From a virus: DNA of 64,000 nt. Made by a program: the position numbers and the translations under genes. Under the pieces are notes generated by a model, which saw nothing but the letters and a program-made list of their open reading frames with translations, made no database searches and was not told the DNA's origin. The stretch is from UHGV virus genome UHGV-0248979; one strand, given 5' to 3'. Below, one piece after another: positions 56,778-64,000 of the stretch; position 1 is the first letter of the stretch, and each line of letters begins with the position of its first letter.

Positions 56778-57152
56778 TCAGACCGTTAGTTCTCCACATA
56801 ACTCAACATCGATACCGAACGTCATTCCCACTTCTTGAAGTTTGTTCGCCAGTAGGTGACGATGACAAAACTTACCTGCAGGACAATAACACATCAAAAC
56901 CAGGTCTTCGTGTCTGAGTAACGACACTAAAACTTCGGCATCGGCATCTAACAGTCGTTCGAGTTTGTACAAATACTTTATCGTGTATTCACGCTCAGCG
57001 GCAGCGTCTTGGGCAGAATTTTTATACGCCATTAGGAAATCCCAGTCGGGGGCGAGTTCCTTTCGCCCTGACTTCACGGTGATATCCACCGCGTGAAATC
57101 CTTTCTGCTTAGCTAACCGCCACTTAGCGAGTTGTAGCGTCCAGATACGCAT
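56778..57152 (-). CDS. DUF488-like protein
   Basis: LVLMCYCPAGKFCHRHLLANKL matches the C.C.....CHR..LA signature I recall for DUF488. Confidence 0.4.
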   Translation of the reverse strand: MRIWTLQLAKWRLAKQKGFHAVDITVKSGRKELAPDWDFLMAYKNSAQDAAAEREYTIKYLYKLERLLDADAEVLVSLLRHEDLVLMCYCPAGKFCHRHLLANKLQEVGMTFGIDVELCGELTV

Positions 57153-57349
57153 TAGGAACGAGTCTGCGTTTCAGCCATCAACGCACAGCTTCTTACAGCC
57201 TGTGCATGAAGCTCTGTACCTGGAGTATAATCCTTTATACAGTCCTGATACAACTCACGTTTCGTTTCTAAAGTACGGTTGTCTAACTCAGCACTTGCGA
57301 GTGCCCCTGCGATAAGGATAAATACTAGAATCGGTAACCAAATTTTCAT
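57152..57349 (-). CDS. small secreted protein (65 aa)
   Basis: Signal-like N-terminus; two conserved Cys; paralog of next gene. Confidence 0.45.
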   Translation of the reverse strand: MKIWLPILVFILIAGALASAELDNRTLETKRELYQDCIKDYTPGTELHAQAVRSCALMAETQTRS

Positions 57350-57558
57350 TTCCCTCCTCCCATTCGATTAGCGTATTCCGTACACGCCATTACTAATTCA
57401 GCGTAACGTGGATTATCTACAGTAGTGCCTGACATACATTCACGATAAAGGGAGTCTCTACGTGATTCGTCAGACGTCTTAACGTAGAACATCAACATCG
57501 CTACAATCAGTGTAGTCGAAACAATTGCTGATATGATATATCCGTCATTTATTTTCAT
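57346..57558 (-). CDS. small membrane-anchored protein (70 aa)
   Basis: N-terminal TM segment; LYRECM...ACTEY pattern shared with 57152 gene. Confidence 0.45.
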   Translation of the reverse strand: MKINDGYIISAIVSTTLIVAMLMFYVKTSDESRRDSLYRECMSGTTVDNPRYAELVMACTEYANRMGGGK

Positions 57559-58075
57559 CTATAAAACACCAAGGTTCTGGATAAAACTCTGTAAGTAAGT
57601 CAACGTAAAAACTATGTAAATTTGTTAGCCTTATAACACACCCTAACAAATCCTGATCAGCGCGATGATAAATCACCACAGAAGTTTTTGATAATCGTTT
57701 AACATGTATAAACCCATCATCTTTTATTCTGCGATACAGCATCTTAAAATCGATTTCACCTACCGTATCAGGTTCACCTACGACGGAAAACCGAATATGT
57801 GGCCGTTCGCTACCTTGGGTTGATAAAAATTCCTCTGTCGTCTTTGCATAAACCTGCCCTAAAAAGGATAGGTGGGGAATTACTTCTTTACGCAACTCGG
57901 TGCTCGAAATCTTAGCAAAAACCTGGCGTTCCGTTAAGTGCATTAACTCGCCTAATCTCCCCAAGTCTTTGTTATATCCCAAAAAAAGAGCCACTTTCTC
58001 GTCATGCGTAATAGGCGGCCATTCGACCGCCTTTGCACGACGTTGCTTAAACCAACTCACAAGTCGCGCTATCAC
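57545..58075 (-). CDS. hypothetical protein (176 aa)
   Basis: ORF track. Confidence 0.5.
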   Translation of the reverse strand: MIARLVSWFKQRRAKAVEWPPITHDEKVALFLGYNKDLGRLGELMHLTERQVFAKISSTELRKEVIPHLSFLGQVYAKTTEEFLSTQGSERPHIRFSVVGEPDTVGEIDFKMLYRRIKDDGFIHVKRLSKTSVVIYHRADQDLLGCVIRLTNLHSFYVDLLTEFYPEPWCFIDENK

Positions 58076-58077
58076 GT

Positions 58078-58770
58078 TTAGTAATCCTCTTCCTGATTGA
58101 CCACCGATTGAATACGGGTTGCGACTTCGTTAGTGTCCAGATCAGTTTCGTCTACCTTATCCACAAGTTTCTGCACTTTACGTACATGGGATTCGGTAAC
58201 ATCAAAACGACCACGATCGGCTAACAGCAACGTTACCATATCCTTACGCGTAACCATCAGTTCTTCTTCAGGTAGGTGTAGGGATTTGTCTAACAGCCCA
58301 GAATGCATGAAGTTTTCCAGTAAGCGTTCTTCTCCCTGGTCGAAATCATAACGTTCGTTAGGTGCAGCAACAAAAGCATAACCGAAGTAGTTTTCTTCTG
58401 TCTCACGTAGCGATTTAATGATTTTGTCACCATGTTGGCAGAAATCACTTAACGTGTAGTCGTCAAGCGTTGCAACGATGGTTTCTGCTTGTACACCGTT
58501 ATCTGTTTCGTACAGATGCGCAACCCAAAGTTTCCAGTTACGCGGTTCGTCAAACAAACCACCGATTAACATATCAGTCGCTGCCATGCGCATACGCGGT
58601 GACGTTGTAAACTGGAAACCACGGCCCGCGTACGGGCCGATAGGACGAATAGAGCTACCGACGAAAGTAATGCGGTTTAACGCATTTTCAGCAATGGTGT
58701 GCGCGGTACGGTTAGCAGCCGCTTTCGGGTTATACTTTTTGTTACGAGGTTTCTTTTGTTTGGTAGCCAT
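58078..58770 (-). CDS. hypothetical protein (230 aa)
   Basis: ORF track. Confidence 0.5.
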   Translation of the reverse strand: MATKQKKPRNKKYNPKAAANRTAHTIAENALNRITFVGSSIRPIGPYAGRGFQFTTSPRMRMAATDMLIGGLFDEPRNWKLWVAHLYETDNGVQAETIVATLDDYTLSDFCQHGDKIIKSLRETEENYFGYAFVAAPNERYDFDQGEERLLENFMHSGLLDKSLHLPEEELMVTRKDMVTLLLADRGRFDVTESHVRKVQKLVDKVDETDLDTNEVATRIQSVVNQEEDY

Positions 58771-59252
58771 TATTTATTCTCAACTAATACTGTGTGAAAT
58801 GCTTTATAAAGAGCCTGTCGTGCCTCAATTAATACTGGACGATTAATCAAGCACATGTATCCGATTTTCCAAGACCAGTAAGACGTGTCGTCGGTGTTTA
58901 GCCCGTAATCAGGTTCAAGATATACCAAATCCGTGTATGCGTCCGGTATATAAAGACGACACAAACTAAGATTCCAAAAATTAGGTAAATCCGACTTTGC
59001 AAGTTCGGACATAACCTGCATTGGAAGCTGGCTTCCGATACCATCTGTTGCAAAAACAATATGCAAGTTTCCTGGCGATTTAGAATACATACCGTGGCCT
59101 TCACAGCTCCACATTGTCGCCAGATGCGGATGGTCGTTGATTAGTTTACAGGTATCACGAACACCTTTTTCAATATAGCCGTTTTTAACTGCAAACTGAG
59201 CACGGTCTTTAAATGACGCCAATCTTTCTGCGTCAACAGAAAATTGAATCAT
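58770..59252 (-). CDS. hypothetical protein (160 aa)
   Basis: ORF track. Confidence 0.5.
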   Translation of the reverse strand: MIQFSVDAERLASFKDRAQFAVKNGYIEKGVRDTCKLINDHPHLATMWSCEGHGMYSKSPGNLHIVFATDGIGSQLPMQVMSELAKSDLPNFWNLSLCRLYIPDAYTDLVYLEPDYGLNTDDTSYWSWKIGYMCLINRPVLIEARQALYKAFHTVLVENK

Positions 59253-59713
59253 ATCGGATTCTTCCCTAAAATTATCTCACGCATCTCCAGGTAGGTGTCA
59301 AACGGCACCACGGTGTCTTTGTAACGCAACGTTACATAGGTTACGAAGTGTTGCGGTGCCAGGAAAGCACGTTTCGGCGACCCGTCGTGGTTGTAATACT
59401 GTTTCGGACGATATTTGTTGAAAATGTCTTCCCGTGGGAATAATGATTTCTGAATAACCACTTCCCAACGGTGTGGCGTTTCCAAGAGCCCAATACGGAT
59501 CAGCATAGCATCTACCCACCGGCTCATGTTTTCGGTTAATACGAAACTGACGTGGTGGTGTTGGACTTCTGCTAACGCGACTTCGGGTTCTTTATCCAGT
59601 CGCATTAATACCGCAAACAGAGGACGATAGTCAGAATCGTACAGGTCACGGAAAGCGGTTTTCTCACGCTGCTTAAACAACTCAACAATTTCTTTAGATT
59701 CAAAACATTTCAT
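59249..59713 (-). CDS. hypothetical protein (154 aa)
   Basis: ORF track. Confidence 0.5.
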   Translation of the reverse strand: MKCFESKEIVELFKQREKTAFRDLYDSDYRPLFAVLMRLDKEPEVALAEVQHHHVSFVLTENMSRWVDAMLIRIGLLETPHRWEVVIQKSLFPREDIFNKYRPKQYYNHDGSPKRAFLAPQHFVTYVTLRYKDTVVPFDTYLEMREIILGKNPI

Positions 59714-59758
59714 TTTCTTTTCTCCTAATCATTAAAATAGCCACAGTTGTAAAAAAGA

Positions 59759-60280
59759 CTACGGGTTAAAAGGTAACGGCTTGCAGTCCCGCTTTTTCAA
59801 CTCCTCTACTAGCTCAGGTAATGTACACCAACGTTTAAATTTGTTGTTGGCTTTAAAGTGACTAAGAATTTCCTCTACACGTTCAATCGACCACTTCCCT
59901 TTACCCACGTTATCTAAATCTTTACGTAGCGAGAGCGTCTCAATGGTAAACGCTAATTCAGAACTGTCCGAGTGGTCGTACAGCAGTCTTACCGGTGCGG
60001 GATGATGTAGCGTAACGCGCCAACCTGACTCCTTAGTCCAGTAGACATCTTTAATTCGGCCACTGGCGTCAATTACGGAACTGATATAAGTCCAATCGGT
60101 ATCCAATTTGTTCTTTTCGGCGGTTAATGCATCTTCTAATCGTAAAGAGTTAGGGGACGGAATCCACCAACCGTACTTACCGTAATAATCGTCTATTACG
60201 GTAATACCTTCGTAATACAAATATTGTGTTTTTGTATTAACAAATAATTCATCGCCGATTAAAACCGCATTTATCTTCAT
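59759..60280 (-). CDS. hypothetical protein (173 aa)
   Basis: ORF track. Confidence 0.5.
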   Translation of the reverse strand: MKINAVLIGDELFVNTKTQYLYYEGITVIDDYYGKYGWWIPSPNSLRLEDALTAEKNKLDTDWTYISSVIDASGRIKDVYWTKESGWRVTLHHPAPVRLLYDHSDSSELAFTIETLSLRKDLDNVGKGKWSIERVEEILSHFKANNKFKRWCTLPELVEELKKRDCKPLPFNP

Positions 60281-60768
60281 CGTAAACCCTTCCTGTAAAA
60301 CAAGTCGTAAGTGGTCGAGCTAAACGGATCAATAGAACCTACCAATGGCATAATTTTCTTTTCTGATATTCCAGTTGCCCAAGCAGCCCGCGCAAATCCT
60401 CCACCAGAACCCGTTGCCCAAACCGCATTTTTATTTATTACAAACGTTTTAAACTTATCTGCCACTAATGTCAGCCAATGTGTTTCTCTAACCGTAAAAA
60501 TGACTATTTGATCGAATATTCGCTCTTTTTCGAAAAGATCTGCAAGCAAGGGCTCAACTTTCTGACGTTTATCCTCGTCTAAATATTCTTCTATAGCAGC
60601 GGTAATCGATATTTTCCAAAATTCGGTGTCCAGTACAAGTTCTCCCGTGTAGAAAACAAACTTGTTTTTGTGTTTGTGCAGTTTGGGCAATTCTTTAACC
60701 GTGCCACCATAATCCACAAGTCGGTCAGCTAAAATGTAATCGTTTGTTACTAAAACTGTTGTCATCAT
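60277..60768 (-). CDS. HslV/proteasome-beta-like Ntn hydrolase homolog
   Basis: Start moved to ATG 60768 (GAGGTG RBS, downstream of terminator); N-terminus MMTTVLV with Thr after Met and ATGSGGGFARAA resemble HslV (TTIVSV...GSGGPYAQAA). Confidence 0.45.
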   Translation of the reverse strand: MMTTVLVTNDYILADRLVDYGGTVKELPKLHKHKNKFVFYTGELVLDTEFWKISITAAIEEYLDEDKRQKVEPLLADLFEKERIFDQIVIFTVRETHWLTLVADKFKTFVINKNAVWATGSGGGFARAAWATGISEKKIMPLVGSIDPFSSTTYDLFYRKGLR

Positions 60769-60777
60769 ACACCTCGA

Positions 60778-60817
60778 AGAAAAATAAAAGTACCCTCTCT
60801 CCGTTAGGAGAGAGGGG
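60778..60817 (-). terminator. rho-independent terminator
   Basis: CCCTCTCTCC-GTTA-GGAGAGAGGGG hairpin plus T-tract on minus strand. Confidence 0.6.
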
Positions 60818-60823
60818 CACTGC

Positions 60824-61093
60824 TTAAATCTTACGACTGCTACCGTAGCAGCCACGACCTGCTGTCGTTTTCGCAGCACTGACAGGTGCTAATGCAACCA
60901 TCGTACCATCGTCCTTAACAATCTGTAAGTTACCTGCGCGAACCAGACCTTTAAAGGTAATCTTCACGCCCTTACGTAAACTCTTCACATTGAAACCGTC
61001 GAGTTTGAGTGTTTTGATTTTCTCAGGTTTACCTTCTTCGTAATAAGAAAGTACATTACCTGCACGTTTTTCAACAATATAGATCTTAGCCAT
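60824..61093 (-). CDS. hypothetical protein (89 aa)
   Basis: GGAGTAAT RBS; first gene after leader cassette at 61117..61152. Confidence 0.45.
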   Translation of the reverse strand: MAKIYIVEKRAGNVLSYYEEGKPEKIKTLKLDGFNVKSLRKGVKITFKGLVRAGNLQIVKDDGTMVALAPVSAAKTTAGRGCYGSSRKI

Positions 61094-61116
61094 TTTAGAT
61101 TACTCCATTTAGTTAA

Positions 61117-61152
61117 GTGAGAATTCTCACATAGATGAAATATATCTTAAAT
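61117..61152 (-). promoter_or_regulatory. AT-rich box plus GTGAGA-TCTCAC leader hairpin (variant)
   Basis: AAGATATATTTCATC box and GTGAGAATTCTCAC palindrome upstream of gene 60824..61093. Confidence 0.35.
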
Positions 61153-61166
61153 TTTTTAGACAGCCA

Positions 61167-61475
61167 TTAACATAGCGCAATATTAACCGACTTACCAGGC
61201 AGCGGGAAATGCTGAAGTTCTATCGATAGAAGTTTCCTGTCAATAGTCAGTATTTCATCAACGTTGGGTGTAAGGCGGAACACAGTGCGCGGTAACGTGA
61301 AAGGCACGTTCGTTGAGCAGTTTTTTAACAGTAACTGATCCTGAGGATAGTCAATTTCTACCACCCTCCCAATTACCCAACGTTCGTGAACCTCACCACC
61401 TAGCGGTGCAGTTAGTGTCCGTTGCAAGCGCTGTAAATTCGTTTCGTCGGTATTAGTGTGGTTTTGGTTCGACAT
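61167..61475 (-). CDS. hypothetical protein
   Basis: ORF 61167..61586; start tentatively at internal ATG 61475 with GGGGAA RBS; overlaps upstream gene in another frame. Confidence 0.35.
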   Translation of the reverse strand: MSNQNHTNTDETNLQRLQRTLTAPLGGEVHERWVIGRVVEIDYPQDQLLLKNCSTNVPFTLPRTVFRLTPNVDEILTIDRKLLSIELQHFPLPGKSVNIALC

Positions 61476-61770
61476 AGATTTCCCCAAACACGTATGCGGT
61501 TCCGGCTTCATTTGTCGGTTTAGCAACACACCATTTCCATTCTTTAGTTTCAGGGATTTGCCAGGATAACAAAAGAGAACCCTCACAGATTTCAGAGGTA
61601 TCGACCTCAGGGTGGAACAACATGAATTCGTTTTCGTTGTCGTCTACTACGACGAATTGACCTTCTTCTACCCTTTCGAACTTAGCAACACCTACTACAG
61701 TTGCTGGTTCCCCAACGGTAAATACCATTTCTTGTTTTGGTAAATCACGGTGAATCGCACTTAACCACAT
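61453..61770 (-). CDS. hypothetical protein (105 aa)
   Basis: GAGGAA RBS 9 nt upstream of ATG 61770. Confidence 0.45.
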   Translation of the reverse strand: MWLSAIHRDLPKQEMVFTVGEPATVVGVAKFERVEEGQFVVVDDNENEFMLFHPEVDTSEICEGSLLLSWQIPETKEWKWCVAKPTNEAGTAYVFGEIYVEPKPH

Positions 61771-61823
61771 TTAAGCTGTTCCTCAATTAATTTGTTTACG
61801 TGTGCATAATTAGACGCGGAAGC

Positions 61824-61863
61824 GTAAAAATAAATTCTCCCTCTCTCCAAACGGAGAGAGGGG
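61824..61863 (-). terminator. rho-independent terminator
   Basis: CCCTCTCTCC-AAAC-GGAGAGAGGG hairpin (same stem as 60793..60817) plus T-tract. Confidence 0.6.
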
Positions 61864-61867
61864 AAGT

Positions 61868-62374
61868 TTACAGTACGTTTTCTTCGCGATCGTCTACTAA
61901 CACAGAAGTAATCACATAACGCGCTAAGCGATTACGTGCTTCTTCCGTTTCTTCTTCAGAAGGTAACTGTTCGCCCGCAGGCGCACACAACGTTAGCCCA
62001 GACTCACGAAGCTGTTCGGCATAGTCTTCCACGGCTGCGTCGAACGTACCACGAATACCTGCTACCGCATCCATAATTTCGTCGTTCGGAATAATGGATT
62101 CTTTTAGCACAGCGTGAGCATCTGTAGGCTCCACCATTTGCAGGTTCTGTTCTACCAGCAATGCCTGTTTCGCTAAGCTGTCTGTGATAAAGCAAGACAG
62201 AATCTTTTCGAAATCGTCTAACGAGAATTCTGTGTCTTCAGATGCCCCGGTAATCAATTGCCCGTAGCGATTAAAGAATTCTTTACAACGTGTTTCGTAG
62301 TCAGCTTCTAAGTCGCGAACACCGAGATCAAAATCGTGCTGCTCCAGCTGATTAAAATCCAGAGTCTCTTTCAT
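61868..62374 (-). CDS. acidic hypothetical protein (168 aa)
   Basis: ORF track; very Asp/Glu-rich. Confidence 0.5.
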   Translation of the reverse strand: MKETLDFNQLEQHDFDLGVRDLEADYETRCKEFFNRYGQLITGASEDTEFSLDDFEKILSCFITDSLAKQALLVEQNLQMVEPTDAHAVLKESIIPNDEIMDAVAGIRGTFDAAVEDYAEQLRESGLTLCAPAGEQLPSEEETEEARNRLARYVITSVLVDDREENVL

Positions 62375-62412
62375 CTCTAAGTCTCCAGTTAAGAGGTCAT
62401 ATTACCTGCTGG

Positions 62413-62640
62413 CTAGAGTACCAACGTTAACCCGGTATGGGTTTGTGCTGAACCAACACCATCACGCGCTTTTGCTTTGGCGATAAGTTTGTCAATCACA
62501 CGTTGATGACTGCGAGTAATATCTTTACCTGGATAACCGATAATCAGCACGTTCTCAGCATTAATAACCGCCGAGAACTCGTTATCACCTGCAACATAAG
62601 CAATCTTTTTGTCTTTGGTTACAATACGTTTGATTTCCAT
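62413..62640 (-). CDS. hypothetical protein (75 aa)
   Basis: ORF track. Confidence 0.45.
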   Translation of the reverse strand: MEIKRIVTKDKKIAYVAGDNEFSAVINAENVLIIGYPGKDITRSHQRVIDKLIAKAKARDGVGSAQTHTGLTLVL

Positions 62641-62649
62641 TCAATGTCC

Positions 62650-63423
62650 TTAAAAGATAAAATGACCAGTTAATGCTTCTGCCTCAACACCAGGCATCGA
62701 TGGAGGTGCTGAATATGGAAAAGTAAGACGCACGGTTGCGCCCTTTAAATACGCAATACGGTAGTACGTGGTCAAGAGCGCATTCCCGTAAGTACAATCG
62801 TTATAGAAGAAACCTTCGGTGGCAAACGTCTTTTCGTTGATTTTCGAATAGACTAAGATACCTTCAACTTTACCATCTTTACGGCAGCACAAACCTTCTG
62901 CTGCACCAATCGCTAACAATTCCAGGCAGCGCGTATCCAAGCTGACATTAACCACCTTAGTGATCGTAAACGTTTCTTCTAACGTTAGAGATTCAATATC
63001 ATCTACATCAGGCAAATCGGTGCGAACTTCAGGTTTTTCAGTAAACGTCAGCTCATAATCGATGAACGACGGCTGCATACGCAAGAACGCCATTAACTGA
63101 TCGCGACGTTTTAGGTCATTGGCAGGGTATGTGACATCAAACACCTCCACATCTAACAAACGTTTGAGTTGTGCGAAATTAATTTTCTTCTTCGCAAACA
63201 CAACGATTGCCGACATGTAGAAAATCTTACCATCGGCGCGACCGGAGAAGACACATTGCAGCTGATTCGTGTTCGAAAGAATGATAAAGGTCGGATCTTC
63301 AGATTCGCGAATGATGTCTTTTTCCATCAACCCTTTTCGTAGACGGGTTAGCGAAACTATTCTACCACCCACACCAATTGCTAAATGGTCATTACGATAA
63401 TCGTCAATATCCACTATACGCAT
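62650..63423 (-). CDS. hypothetical protein (257 aa)
   Basis: ORF track. Confidence 0.5.
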   Translation of the reverse strand: MRIVDIDDYRNDHLAIGVGGRIVSLTRLRKGLMEKDIIRESEDPTFIILSNTNQLQCVFSGRADGKIFYMSAIVVFAKKKINFAQLKRLLDVEVFDVTYPANDLKRRDQLMAFLRMQPSFIDYELTFTEKPEVRTDLPDVDDIESLTLEETFTITKVVNVSLDTRCLELLAIGAAEGLCCRKDGKVEGILVYSKINEKTFATEGFFYNDCTYGNALLTTYYRIAYLKGATVRLTFPYSAPPSMPGVEAEALTGHFIF

Positions 63424-64000
63424 TAGAGCACTCCCAGTAATTCAGTCACCGTTTTCCGAGTAGCGCCAGACGCACCCATATAGCGACCGACCTCAATACT
63501 ACGCCACTTAAAACCGTAATAAATTTCTCGGGTGAGCAGGGTGTCTGCATTTGACAACACGACACTGTTGCCACGTTCCACCTGCTGCTGTAGTAACTTG
63601 GCCAATTCACGATGATCCGTTTGTGAGAATTCTTTACGGTGGTATTGCGCATGTTTCGCAGTATCCGATAACGGAATATACGGAGGATCAGCATAAATCA
63701 CAGCATCCTCAGGTGTCCGTGCTAATACAGAACGAAAGTCCTCACAAACAATTTCCAGATAATCAACTTCCGCACAACGTTTAGCCCAATCCCGAATTTC
63801 TTCTAATGGATAATAAACCCCATTCGGGTAACGTCCAAACGGAACATTGAACCCACCGCTACTGTTATAGCGACACATACCGTTATAACCGTGACGCATT
63901 AAGTATAAAAACATCGCAGCACGCTCAACTTCTGACATCGATTTACCGCTATTAAACAGCTCACGACGCTCCATATACTTTACAGTGGCATTACCGTCTA
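63423..64000 (-). CDS. dam: Dam-type DNA N6-adenine methyltransferase, C-terminal portion (5' end beyond window)
   Basis: IYADPPYIPLSDTAKHAQYH (DPPY motif), LSNADTLLTREIY and GASGATRKTVTELL closely resemble E. coli Dam as recalled; ORF open to window edge. Confidence 0.7.
   Translation of the reverse strand, partial: DGNATVKYMERRELFNSGKSMSEVERAAMFLYLMRHGYNGMCRYNSSGGFNVPFGRYPNGVYYPLEEIRDWAKRCAEVDYLEIVCEDFRSVLARTPEDAVIYADPPYIPLSDTAKHAQYHRKEFSQTDHRELAKLLQQQVERGNSVVLSNADTLLTREIYYGFKWRSIEVGRYMGASGATRKTVTELLGVL

Noticed and set aside
60769-60879. Upstream ATG at 60879 for the HslV-like ORF
   Set aside because: The extension runs through a terminator hairpin and overlaps the upstream gene; internal ATG at 60768 has an RBS and gives an HslV-like N-terminus.
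1-64000. tRNA, rRNA, integrase, transposase or IS elements
   Set aside because: No cloverleaf-compatible segment was recognised in the intergenic gaps and no ORF showed recombinase or transposase motifs; a tRNA scan would be needed to exclude tRNAs definitively.

Overview
This 64-kb window reads as a segment of a large tailed-phage genome: densely packed genes, short intergenic gaps, many hairpin plus T-tract terminators, and no rRNA, tRNA, CRISPR array, integrase or transposase that I could recognise. A host-like Dam methylase and a BhsA-like gene suggest an enterobacterial host. All calls come from reading motifs by eye in the supplied ORF translations and sequence; no BLAST or HMM search was run, so every family assignment is provisional.

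Layout:
- 1-12.7 kb, minus strand: a partial SbcC/Rad50-like ATPase, five consecutive small secreted proteins, and a tandem family of paralogs.
- 12.7-27.8 kb, plus strand: four very large structural-type proteins (1440, 1393, 1728 and 399 aa) sharing an N-terminal motif.
- 27.8-34.7 kb, plus strand: the most unusual region. Three Cys/Ser/Gly-rich small proteins with a conserved CGGSCSW(T/S)CS core entry are interleaved with three radical SAM enzymes (two mosaic paralogs and one SPASM-type), bounded by terminators. This looks like a RiPP-like peptide-maturation system inside a phage structural region.
- 34.7-64 kb, minus strand: peptidoglycan hydrolases (GH108-like, possible M15-like), a tail-fiber module (1479-aa side tail fiber with 40-aa tandem repeats and a C-terminal S74-type chaperone domain; 706-aa tail spike with a GQSN esterase motif), small paralog families, and HslV-like, DUF488-like and Dam-like genes.

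Other notable observations: G9/G10 homopolymer tracts interrupt two reading frames (one of them the third Cys-rich gene); a roughly 65-bp AT-box plus hairpin leader cassette recurs upstream of several minus-strand genes; two lipoproteins are candidate superinfection-exclusion factors.
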